A stretch of 60,103 nt of DNA, counting the filler, from Dugesia japonica (lineage: Eukaryota): NCBI GenBank assembly GCA_001938525.1. It is 5 parts of 5 records of this genome, joined end to end, with 100 filler letters (N's around TTAATTAATTAA, not from the genome) between each part and the next. Parts side by side here need not be neighbours in the genome. Positions count along the whole stretch, not along the records: positions 1 to 13,710 come from MQRL01596151.1; 4 more parts are not named here. One strand, 5' to 3'. How positions within the stretch are numbered: position 1 is the first letter of the stretch; every line of letters starts with the position of its first letter. Made by a program: the position numbers and the translations under genes. A model generated the notes under the pieces. It searched no databases. It was given only the letters and a program-made list of their open reading frames with translations, and was not told where the DNA came from. Shown one piece after another: positions 1 to 11,623 of the stretch.

Positions 1-48
<48 letters not shown>
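1..48. repeat. (TAA)n microsatellite abutting an LTR-like terminus
   Basis: Perfect TAA repeats, followed directly by TGTTGGGG at 49. Confidence 0.95.
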
Positions 49-50
<2 letters not shown>

Positions 51-460
51 TTGGGGTTCCACCTGAGTTGATGGTGAAAAGAAACACTGGCCCGGGAAAA
101 CGGCCCTCGGAGGACCCCTTCAAGAATTTTAATCTAGTCCTTAGTTAGATATTCAGTGCAGAGCGGTTGACTTCCAGCATTTATTTGAGGTTCACACTCG
201 TACACCTTTAGTTTTGGTTCCTATTTTCCCTTATTTTAATTATTAGATAATCAGACAAATGTCGACATTAATAGAATTTTATTTCACATTACAATTCCTC
301 CAGAGAACCCGGGTCTAGCCCTGAGTAGGATCTTCAGATATGAAGTTGAATACGGCATTGCCATCATTATCGTCCAAGTTGAGACAAAACACATTGCCTA
401 ACTGGCGGTACAGGTCGGCAATTTAGCATTTTAGAAAATCAACCTTTGGCTTGAGGAAGC
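49..460 (-). mobile_element. Terminal segment of a TGTTGGGG-ended LTR-like repeat family
   Basis: Starts TGTTGGGGTT. Colinear similarity to 23185-23590 (cggccctcgg..ccccttcaagaattt / cagccctcagg..cccgttcaagaattt; gcggttgact; ccttattttaa; acccggRtcta). Confidence 0.75.
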
Positions 461-1650
461 AGTTTGGTCTGATCCGCCACGTCACTCTGTTGCTTTACAA
501 TGACATCTAACTTTTAGATTAGTTTATTCAGTTGCGACAGGTGTTTCAGAAGGATGCGCTCGGTTTTCCACTTAATATGTCTCTTTAGCAATAGTTTGGT
601 GATTAAGCGGTGACAACGTCGCAAACTATTGGAAGCCTTATTCGTGGCCCTGAAAAGCAGAATGATAATTAGTATGATAACTATGACGTATTAGGATTAT
701 TTATTACAAGACGAAAAGATTTTTAAAATAAAAAAAACAGATAGAACAACGCGACCAACTTTATAATGTATTATTTGTATTTAAAACTTAACGACGAAAT
801 CTTTATCGTGAAGTTTGGATACCCTTATCCGCCATCAGAGGTTCAAGTGGCATGGCCTTCTTCATCTTAAGGACACCGTCAACCAGTTTATTCTCTCGGT
901 CTTGGTAGGACCGGAATATCTCGGTGAAGGATTCTATTTGGGATTTCCAAACCCATTCTTGGGCACGCAATGCCTCAGCCTCCTTTCTGAACGCGATGGG
1001 TTTTGTCTTATATCTTTTCACTTTGGCTTTGGCTGATGTGATATTGGCTTCCCAGCGTCTTTTTGCGAGACGATAGAGGTTAGAGGCCCCAGAATAAATC
1101 TTATTGATTGGATTGACTTGAATTGGAGAATAGGCGGGAAGATTGAAACACTTGAGCGTTCCTTCTCTGATTCGCTCTTTGGTCTAACAAGCTGAATTGT
1201 GGGGCTACATGTCGCCCATGGGTTTTATACGTGTAAAATGTTTGTTCTCTGATGTTAACTTTTATTGGACGTGGAGGAATTAGCACTCGCATAGGGGTTT
1301 CCTTTAAAAGAGCATTCTCATCGTGCAGATGCTTTACGGCCTTTTCCAAGTTTTGAATTTCGATCATATCTTGTTCCCTCACTAATTTTTGGTTTTGTTT
1401 ATCTTGAATTAAACAATTGATCTCCTGTAATTCGGATTTCATTATTGTTCTCCATGGTTTTCTCAAGCATTTTTATTTTCTTGCTCTGCCACTTGATCTC
1501 CGTTTCTAATTCTTTGATCTGATCTAGGTGCTTTTTTCGGATGAATGACAATTCTAGTTGTAATTGGTGGATTTTCTCTTTGGCTAAACATGCTTTATTT
1601 TTGTAGTTATCAGTTAATCCGCTTAATTTCACTTGACTGCTATTTACCAT
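290..1650 (-). pseudogene. Degenerate coiled-coil ORF inside the LTR-like repeat
   Basis: Overlapping, frameshifted ORFs 1399-1650, 1101-1466 and 803-1021 are rich in heptad-spaced L/I/E/K/Q. A C-terminal segment near 290-450 (..FNFISEDPTQG/LDPGSLEEL*) is conserved in the 23185 copy. Confidence 0.5.
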
Positions 1651-2439
1651 TATTAAATTGAAGTGAGTTATGTACTATATATGCCGAGTTAGTGTGTCTG
1701 AATATCCATACNNNNNNNNNNNNNNNNNNNNNNNNNNNNNNNNNNNNNNNNNNNNNNNNNNNNNNNNNNNNNNNNNNNNNNNNNNNNNNNNNNNNNNNNN
1801 NNNNNNNNNNNNNNNNNNNNNNNNNNNNNNNNNNNNNNNNNNNNNNNNNNNNNNNNNNNNNNNNNNNNNNNNNNNNNNCTGAACAAAATTGGTCTACGAG
1901 TAATATATTTAACACATATAACCATAATTATTATTCAATATCAATAATATATCAGATAAGAGTATTAGTACAACCAGAATAAAAGCTTACTAATTAATTT
2001 AATATCGGCTGCAACTGTAATGACTAGGCAAATTGGATGCTTCTGGTATTCGATTAATTGTGGAATTTTTCTCTACACAGTCTTTCCGTAATTTGATCAA
2101 ATATTTCCCTTCTGTAATTCGATTTAAATCCAATTAATGATTCTTTCTAAATTCGCGAGTTTACGTTTTTTGATATTTGGTTGAACCGATAAAAAAATTT
2201 TTCTTCAAATGTGCTAAGAATTGTTTTTCTAACTTGTACGGACAAAGTTAAAAAAAATTTTTTTTTTACTTATATTTTTCCTCTAATTTCTAATCTGGCA
2301 AAAAATNGGNCAAATTATTAGTCAAAAAATTGGATCATTTTGATCCGTTATTATTGTTATTATTATTTACTTTTATTATTTCAAAATCGGATCAATTTGA
2401 TCCAGTTATTTTCATTATTATTTTTATTATTGTTATTAT

Positions 2440-2445
2440 TATTTA

Positions 2446-2506
<61 letters not shown>
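2440..2506. repeat. (TTA)n microsatellite running into a gap
   Basis: Direct observation. Confidence 0.95.
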
Positions 2507-3654
2507 NNNNNNNNNNNNNNNNNNNNNNNNNNNNNNNNNNNNNNNNNNNNNNNNNNNNNNNNNNNNNNNNNNNNNNNNNNNNNNNNNNNNNNNNNNNNNN
2601 NNNNNNNNNNNNNNNNNNNNNNNNNNNNNNNNNNNNNNNNNNNNNNNNNNNNNNNNNNNNNNNNNNNNNNNNNNNNNNNNNATGAAAATAGCCAGCCAAC
2701 ACGAAAGTAGCCAGGATGCACGAGAAAAACTATAAAAAAAACTGCAGAAAAACTTAGTCAAAAAACTAACTTTTATCATGAAATATCAGTCTTAGAGAAC
2801 TACACTATCGTTCTAAAGCAAATTATCGAGAAAAACTTGTCTATCAATTGGTGATCACATATCTGCAGTATTCAAAGATTAACTCTAAAGAAAATTTGTC
2901 GCATTATTTTGGAGAATCATAAAGTAAGGCAGAATACCGAAAGTTATTTTTTGAAAAAAGTAAAATATTTTTTTTGTTATTCTGTAGTCATAAATAGGTT
3001 TTATCGTAGAAATATATATATAATAATTATTATTGATTATTTAACTTATCTTTAAATAAAAAAATGAGAAGGAAGGAAAATGAAAATAAAATCTATTATT
3101 AAAATTATAGTCTGACAACTCAAGTTACCTGAGATAATGTTTCCCAGTTTTACTTCCAAATCGAAATCTAATCTTTTCATAAGCCCATAATATATAAATG
3201 TGATATGGCTGGTAGTTTAGTCACTTCATTTGATTATCTGAGTGAATTCATATGCGATTATTGTCATTAATAAATTCAAGGTTGAAAAGAACTGTATCCG
3301 AATTAAATTTGAGAATTGCCNNNNNNNNNNNNNNNNNNNNNNNNNNNNNNNNNNNNNNNNNNNNNNNNNNNNNNNNNNNNNNNNNNNNNNNNNNNNNNNN
3401 NNNNNNNNNTACATTGGCCAATTCTCTCTGCTTGTGATGAATTGTAGCGGTTACAAACCAGCATATTATTAAATGTTTAAATAATTTGAGAATTATTGAT
3501 TAATTTGATATTGATAATTTTGTGTAGTTGCAAAGTGTAGTTGTGTAGTGGCAAATGGCAAATGAAACAATTGAAAATATGTGGAAATTCATGAAGGGAT
3601 ATTAGTATTTCAAAAATTGTTGTAAAACGTCGAAATAAACATTTTTAATTTACA

Positions 3655-3813
3655 GATGAGTTGGGTTTAAAAGAAAACCACATTAGAATGTGCGACAAGA
3701 ATCCGACAAGTTGTCCATATTCTGAAATGGGATGTAAAAACAATGAAGTGTTTAATGGAAAAATGAAAGATCATCTTTGTACAAGAGATTTACTATCACT
3801 AAATCATTATTAG
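3655..3813 (+). pseudogene. TRAF-type zinc-finger fragment
   Basis: Translates DELGLKENHIRMCDKNPTSCPYSEMGCKNNEVFNGKMKDHL (H-x3-C-x6-CPY-x3-GC...HL, TRAF/SIAH zinc-finger spacing). Preceded by a tttttaatttacag acceptor. A coiled-coil-like degenerate frame follows at about 3975-4160. Confidence 0.55.
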
Positions 3814-6800
3814 ATTTTATAATTTACAATACGAGATGGAATCAATCACGAATGACACTTATTATTATTATTTTGAATAAAAGTTTTAATGTCCATTTAA
3901 TATTAAATTATGACTTCATTAAGAATAAATCAATATGAACTAGGATTATTCTATAATATTAAATTTGCCTCATAGAAAACAATGTCAATCAATATGCAGA
4001 TGAAATCAATATCATAAGAGTAGTTAATGTATCAATTAATAAAGTATTAGAAAAGAAGGAAACAATTGAATCAAAATTATTAGATTTGAATAATTGCTTG
4101 TTTCGCGATGCTTCATTAGATAATCTGTTACCATTGATAAATGCAATTATTCATGAATAAATATTTAGGCTGTGAATTATATCGAGAATATTTAGAATCA
4201 GTAAAAGTCGAAAAGAATAAATCGAGACGAATCTTGAAGATTCCATTGGACAGAATTGTATTAATCAATAGAAAACTGTTTAAAAGATCTATTGTCTGGT
4301 AAAGTGATAAATAATATCGTTTAACATTCAAAAAGGGAAGAAATAATGAAAGCATTTGAAGGTAAAGATTTATTTGATATCAGATATGAAATGCTAGTAA
4401 TGTCACAGTGGAAAGTGTATCGAAGATTGATAAAAGTGACGATAGAAAAACCTATATGGCAAAAATAAATCCAAAGAAATTATTAAAACAATATCTAGAA
4501 AATTTCGGAATAAACACAAATGAATATTTGCTAGCAATAATTAATGAACTTGATTAATTTGACAATGTTTCAATAAATAATGAATGAAAAGTTAAATTTA
4601 GATGAATTGAAAATTTTTTGATGAGAACAAAAGCGATGAAAAGTATAGAAAGAGAATTATTTTGATGTAAAAACAGCAGAAAAATTTTTACGATTGTTTA
4701 GAATCGTTGTTTTGAAGAATTTTGAAGGATTTAATTATTCCAGAACTTGTATATGTTAATTTAGAAATTTTAATTCAGTGCCTTTCCTCCTCTGCTTCTT
4801 TAGTAGTCAAATTTGAACGATCTAGAAGAACTCCAGCATCTCGATTGTGCGGGTTTCGATAACGCTTAAAAACTGTACGGCGGGTTCTACGATTGAGGAG
4901 AATTTCCCATTATATATTCCACTGTAAAACTACATTAGTCTTTATTGTTAATAAATTGAATTAATATAATAATATAGTGTGGGAAACAACGAAAATCTAA
5001 CTGTGTAAATGCAACAAATGTGCTGAATTATTATTTATTTTAATAAAATTGCAATGAAATGTACGATATAGTTTTAAAAAGATGATTAGACTTCCTCGTC
5101 TATATCTACATCGAAATTCAAAGGGAACATCTCGACGAAACACTGCAAATCTGTCTCAATGGGGTGTTCCACCAACTCGGGGAACAGCAAGGGACTGATG
5201 AGCTGTCAGAAATGGGCGCGTTTTTGCTGGTTTAAAATCATACGCAATGTGCTTCTTAATTCTGCTTGCATGACCTAAAATATAGGGATTATTTAAGCAA
5301 AAAAAGTTATACGACAGTGGTTAAGATATCAGGTAGTACTTGTAATTTTAGCGCATAAAAGTGAAGGAGAGTGTTTAGAGAGTTCGCCTATTAGTGTAAA
5401 GACCGTTGTCGTGAGTGGAGTGATAATTATACGTTAAATTTAGGAATGACTGCATTCATAATTGTAGGTTCCTGGCTTATCTTGGTATAGTGGAGAATAT
5501 ATGTATTAATCATTCCAATCCCTGTTTATAATAATAACTAAAACCACTTAAACCTTCGACAGCGATACTATGATCATAATAGGGAACGTTCCAATCGTAA
5601 CCATTAATAAAATTAGCCCTAAATATCATGANNNNNNNNNNNNACTGATCGCCTTCATGATAATATCAATTACAATAGTCACCTCAACTTTTTTTGTAGT
5701 AAAGAACGAGGACGATAAAAATGGAATTTGCTGATGGTAATACTAACAATGGTGATACCCATAGCATTATCTATGACCTATTGATTATAATAGTAATAAT
5801 AATAGAAATTAAAGTGATCAAAATTAATTTTAACAACGATGTACATTTAAAGATAACACTTGTTGTTTACACAAATGGCAGGAACACTAACTTCACTTAG
5901 ATAAACAAAAAACATTAATAAATGGCACAATTCCTATTTATCATAATATTAAAGAGTTATTGCCGATACCCGTCGTGAGAAGAGAAATCATAGAGTGGTC
6001 CATCCGAAATCGAGTTTTAACATCAGTGATTAAATAGCATAGAGTATTGTGTTGGCCCGACTTTTACACTAAACAGTGTAGCATCCGTTTGATTATGACG
6101 ATATAATATTCTCGATAAATCAATGAAATTGTAGTACAATTTATAGCAGATAAATCCCAACATTATAATAGACTCGAATCATTCCCGATAGTTGAAGAAT
6201 TCATTTAGTGAAGAGTACAATTTACTCTCATGATCTCACACATCAGTGATATAGATAGATGTTAATGTGAGCTGTCGAGATTGACACACACTCTAGGCTG
6301 ACTAATTCGCTCCAAATCGATATACATGCATACTATGGATGTAACTGAATGGCAACTCCTTTTATTGTTACTATATTACCGAGTTCGATACACATAAGGA
6401 GAGATATTTTGAGTAGGTTTATTTAAATATAAATTACTGGCTTTACGGTGAATTTATCTCAGAAAAACAGCTAATGAGATACTAATCGTCATATATGCCA
6501 ACACTAACTAATTATGGAATCAGCGGTTGTCTTAGTTACTAGCCACACTGACTTTTCAAATTAATTTATTTGGACACATGAATTTATTTTATCAGTGTAT
6601 TTTATATTTATTAATTCAAATTATTATTTAATTTTACTTTAATACATCTACGCATAAATTAAACCGTAAACATTTTTATTATCATTGCAATACATAATTA
6701 TCTAACAACGTAAAATAACAAAACAATACTTACTGGCAAGCTTAGAATTTATGCAACGTTGAGATTTCCAAACAAAATTTGAAAAAATTTCGATTACACT

Positions 6801-7019
6801 TATTTGATAATTTCTCCTATTCAGTTTCTTCTTTAAATAGTAGAATATTTTTGCGAATTGGTAGAGTAACAAATAGAGGGCTAAAATTTCTAAATTTTTC
6901 CAAGTAAATTATTACTGTAGTATAGGGTTGATTTACTAGCAGAACTTAAAAAAGTTAAGTACTTTTCTTCTAAATTTCTAGGAGTTTATATACCTTTTCG
7001 CGTGCAGCCCGATTCTTAC

Positions 7020-7667
7020 CGTATTAGCGGTCTATTTTTGTTTTATGTTAGCCATTTCTGATTTGTGCCATTTGTCAAATTCTAAAATTTTCTGAAATTT
7101 TATGCTTTGTTATAGGTGCCTATTTTTGGAGCACCTTGTGATTTTTATTTCTTTGTTTTGCGTTTCTTCTGACCCCTTATTGGTCCATTCTTCAAATCCT
7201 TTTAACATTACTTCTGTTGCTGGTATGATATTCATGTCGGGACATTCTATTGCCCCGCATCATTTTCTCTTTAGATTTTCTTACTAGGATTTTTTATGAT
7301 CATCTAGAATAAAGATGTCTTACAAAAACTGATTTTTTGTCAATTATTCCTCTTTTTTGCAATAAATTAATTAATTTTTTCTTGTTAATTAATTATTATT
7401 TTTTTAACGGTAATTCGCTTGATCTTTCAATAAATTATAATTTCCTCTAATTATTTAGATTGATTTCAGCCTATATTTAATCCACTCCGTATTTTCTTTT
7501 TACATTTTGTATTTTTCTTCTTGCTTTTTCATCGGTAAAATCATTATAAATTTAACCAGATGCTAACTAATCATAATTAGTTTTTTCTCTTCAGCCCCTT
7601 CTTTATTATTTTATAATTTGGCCGCTTAGTTCTGATTTTCCTTTCCAACCAGTGTTTCACTCCAACA
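7020..7667 (-). mobile_element. Opposite terminal segment of the same LTR-like family
   Basis: Ends gtgtttcactccaaca. Colinear with 23600-24165 (ggtgcctattttt.gagcac; aaattaattaatttttt cttgttaatt; gtgtttcaccccaaca). Confidence 0.75.
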
Positions 7668-7672
7668 ACAAC

Positions 7673-7728
<56 letters not shown>
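7668..7728. repeat. (AAC)/(AAT)n microsatellite
   Basis: Direct observation; abuts the CCAACA terminus. Confidence 0.95.
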
Positions 7729-7956
7729 NNNNNNNNNNNNNNNNNNNNNNNNNNNNNNNNNNNNNNNNNNNNNNNNNNNNNNNNNNNNNNNNNNNNNNNN
7801 NNNNNNNNNNNNNNNNNNNNNNNNNNNNNNNNNNNNNNNNNNNNNNNNNNNNNNNNNNNNNNNNNNNNNNNNNNNNNNNNNNNNNNNNNNNNNNNNNNNN
7901 NNNNNNNNNNNNACTGGAATCAATCCAGTTTTTGGTTAACAAAAAATAATAATAAT

Positions 7957-8600
7957 TGTTGGGGTGAAAGACCCGATTACAGAAAAAAGTGTGATCCAAA
8001 CACGTGGTAACACGAAGAACTATATTATTGTAATATTCAATAATAATTATCAGCTCAATAATATTTAGAAATAAATAATTACAAGAACATCTGAGCTGTA
8101 ATAAGAGGATGAATATTGTTATAATAGTTTTAAGATAAAATAATTATGGTTAAAGATATTATATTTTATGATTAAAGAACAAGAAAAACATTATAATAAT
8201 TACTACGAAAATTAATGAAATAAATGAATTAATTTCATTTTGAAAAGAAATTTAATTACGAGAAAATCAGTTAAAGGGGAATATCTTCTCGTGAAAATCG
8301 GAGAAAGTCTGGGAAAGAAAATTCAGAAGATGAACGTCATGGGGGAATAGATTTTCATAACGATTAAACGTTAACATTATCAGAAGAATCAGTAAAAAAA
8401 GAAGTAAAAGATCAGGGCAACGAGGGGCCACAAAATAAACAGAAGATCAAGCATAAAAATATCATCACGTGGTCTAAAAATAGACACTAATAGAATAGCT
8501 AAAAATCTTGGAAAATTATCAATCGGCATCAATAAAATGTAAGAACCGAAAAACAAAAATAGCATGCCAATGATGGGTTTCGGAAGAAACCTATTTAAGC
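7957..8600 (+). mobile_element. Inverted copy of the LTR-like terminal segment
   Basis: Begins TGTTGGGGTGAAA (reverse complement of tttcaccccaaca). Contains the reverse-complement counterparts of 7020-7420 (gaaaatcagtt, ctaaaaatagacac). Confidence 0.65.
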
Positions 8601-9346
8601 TCTACGAAAATTGTTACAAAAAGTCAGTTTTTTTTCTAATTGTTAAGTGAAGTACTGCGTAAGTGGAAAAAGCTCGTGAACAAATTCGTGAGAAGTTTGG
8701 TAAGAAACTGAAATTACTAATCTGATAGTGAACCAATTCAGAAAAGTTAATTGTTAGAACCTAATGTTACCTTTGTTGTTCAACCCGCTGCAGAAAATTA
8801 ATTACAGTGACTATGATTATTTTATTTTTTATGATTTTCAGAATTTTAAATAAATATGTATCAATTTAGGACTTAATTTAATCGGTTAAAATATAATTCA
8901 CTATTATTAGTTGTTTATCAGACATTCATTTTTAGGAACTATTTCCATAATATATGCCNCTATAANCGTAACAAATATCACGCCAACTGATGGAAAANTA
9001 GTCTAAATATGAGTAATCTATTGATGATAGCTGAACGCAAATTCCATAATGACTCCATCAACATGATTATTTCCATTTACTTTTCAGACATATAGGAATA
9101 ATTTTACTTGTTTTGATTGCTTCTACGATTAGTAATTGGTAGCACCTTAACTTTCAGATATCATTATGATTGCCTGTATTAAAACTGTTATTCCTTGTTA
9201 TCGTTGTGTGGATTTTTTGGTTATTGAATTGTAACGTTTGTCTAGGGCTTTTTCTATTGATATCATAAATTAAGTATAGTTATTGATTTTCTTACTATCA
9301 ACCCATCTGGTTAATATTATTATTACTATTAATCTTATTATGATTG

Positions 9347-10600
9347 CAGTACTCGTAACAAGTCTGTTCACCCCTATAAAAATGCACCTTTTAATAAACA
9401 TTTCGATTAAGTTTAATTTAATTATTTAAATATTTAGTTATTGATAAACTATTTAAATAATTTAAGTTATTGTAATTTATTTTTAATTGATATATGTAAA
9501 ATAATGTAAAATGAAATGGTTTTAGAGCAATATAATGTCATCGTTATACTACGGAATGATGGAAAGTATTGGACAAATATAGGTCGTGAATTATGTGAGA
9601 AGTACAGCAAGACTGTGACAAAACGTGGAATGCAATATCTATGGAAGTAATATCGGAAAATGGGATCCGTGCGATGAGAAATGGCAGACAAACTATTGTT
9701 TTACCTTAAGCTTCACGAGCTATAACACGCATTTGCAAAGCCAATCGCTTATTATCTGTTCATAATATCNNNNNNNNNNNNNNNNNNNNNNNNNNNNNNN
9801 NNNNNNNNNNNNNNNNNNNNNNNNNNNNNNNNNNNAAGTACGGTTTTCTAAAATATTCAGCAATTAAGAAGTCATTTCAAATTGCATCAAAGTCTCAGAA
9901 GACTTTCCTGGGCCGTGACTTGCAGGAGTGGAGATGCAGATAAATGGGGAGATGTTGTATTCAGCGATGAGTGTATATTTCAGTCATATTCGTCATCAAG
10001 TAAATTATTGATTCGAAGAACCTCATTGGAAAATTACAATCCTACCTTTATCCAAGCAGTTATACGACATGGTCCATACAGACATGTGTGGGGCTGCTTC
10101 AACAGTAATGGCGTTGGACTTCTGAAAAGAATCAATGGAAATATGAATGCCGAGAAATATCAATAAAAGATACTTCATGATATAGACATAGTTGGTAAAT
10201 GCTTAGTCTTTCCAAAAGCAGCATTCGTTTTTCAAAATGATTTGGCTCCACCACATAACGCCAAAAGTACCCAGGCTTTCCTAAAAAATAAAAATATTGA
10301 TGTCTTACCCTAGCCAGGTAATTCTCATGACCTGAATCCCATAGAAAATATCTGGGTTATCCTTAAACGGAAAGTAAGACCAATGATACACAATTCTGCT
10401 GAAGAATTATGGAATGAGATTCCAAGCGAATGGTACAAACTTTCTCATAATCTATCCAGGAAAATTGTATTCTCGATGACAAAAAGATTAGAATTGCTCA
10501 AAAAATCAAAAGGACATCTTAATAAACATTAAGACTATCATGTATTTATTTATTTATTAAATTTCGTGGCTGAAAATATTCATTCCAATTAAAAGTTGTA
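9347..10600 (+). mobile_element. Tc1-family (DD34E) DNA transposon, degenerate
   Basis: Motifs WGDVVFSDECIF, VWGCFNSNGVG, FVFQNDLAPPHNAK, (W)PGNSHDLNPIENIW. TIR-like cagtactc...ttcacccc at 9347. In-frame stops. Confidence 0.9.
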
Positions 10601-10697
10601 TNNNNNNNNNNNNNNNNNNNNNNNNNNNNNNNNNNNNNNNNNNNNNNNNNNNNNNNNNNNNNNNNNNNNNNNNNNNNNNNNNNNNNNNNNNNNNNNN

Positions 10698-10757
<60 letters not shown>
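10698..10757. repeat. (TTA)n microsatellite
   Basis: Direct observation. Confidence 0.95.
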
Positions 10758-10760
<3 letters not shown>

Positions 10761-10866
10761 TTTATTATTTTCATCTCGAAATTTATTAAGACTTAGGATA
10801 ATATTATAAACATAACCCTTATTTGGCTTTACCCATATTATTTTTGTTATATCATTAATAAAATAA

Positions 10867-11253
10867 TTACGATTTAAAAATGTCAATTTTCCAAACAAGC
10901 CATGTGGTTTAGCACATAATTTTGTCAAGCGATACACCAATCCTTACAATAAATCTGCCGGCATCCTGGTTGATCGTTCAAACCTGACTCCAGAAAATGC
11001 AACAGATGAACGTCAGAGAAACGAACTGGAGCGGGAGACCTATCGAAATTGGACAGGTCCCAATCGTTACCAGGAAACTTTTTTCGCCACCACGACATCT
11101 TCGATAGATGAGAATGGTGTTCGCTACATCGCTCGAGAATGGCAAGTAGAGCCTTCCTCCATCCCGCTTTCTCTTGCTCACTCTCCTACTCCTTCGGAAA
11201 TGAGAGAGTTCATCGATGACATGTTATGGAGTATTAAGAGCACTGAGAACTAA
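10867..11253 (+). other. 128-codon stop-to-stop open frame of unknown family (no upstream ATG)
   Basis: LRFKNVNFPNKPCGLAHNFVKRYTNPYNKSAGILVDRSNLTPENA...DDMLWSIKSTEN*. GC-richer than its flanks. A 21-aa motif is shared with 4805-4867 (minus). Confidence 0.45.
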
Positions 11254-11623
11254 CCTTTTGTGCATTGGTATTTATCTAGTAATAAAATTATTGTACCTGT
11301 TAGCCAGTTGTAGTTTTATTTGTCGTTAGATTGAAATTTAAATCTTGAATAATGGTGTTCGTTAAACCTTATTCCATGTCTTCCTTTAGTGAATAACTCT
11401 CGGAGTCGGTCCATCGCTCCTACCAAAGCGTTACGTGAAGATAGTGAGGACATAGAGATGTCCTTGGATCTATACTGTGATATATTAAAATAATGATAAT
11501 ATTTAAATATATCTAAATTCAAATTATTGAATATTTAAAATATTAAAATGAATTTGATTTATTTTAATATTGCTATTTTATGAAATATAATTTTGACCTG
11601 GTAAATATCTTACTATTTAAATT

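Larger units (their letters stand above)
49..7667 (-). mobile_element. Possible very long solo LTR or LTR-derived segment of a giant LTR retrotransposon
   Basis: The two ends (49 and 7667) match the two ends of the compact copy at 23185-24165, in the same orientation, and both abut (AAT)n. Internal gaps and an internal (TTA)n tract make continuity uncertain. Confidence 0.4.

Noticed and set aside
1640-3472. ORFs with poly-X, poly-I/L/N
   Set aside because: Artefacts of N gaps and (AAT)n microsatellites. The same applies at 7577-7999, 10589-10796, 35919-36290, 41190-41447 and 46635-46964.
11310-11600. 5' LTR/PBS of the Gypsy gag element
   Set aside because: A TG start is present, but there is no clear CA end, PBS or second copy to confirm it.
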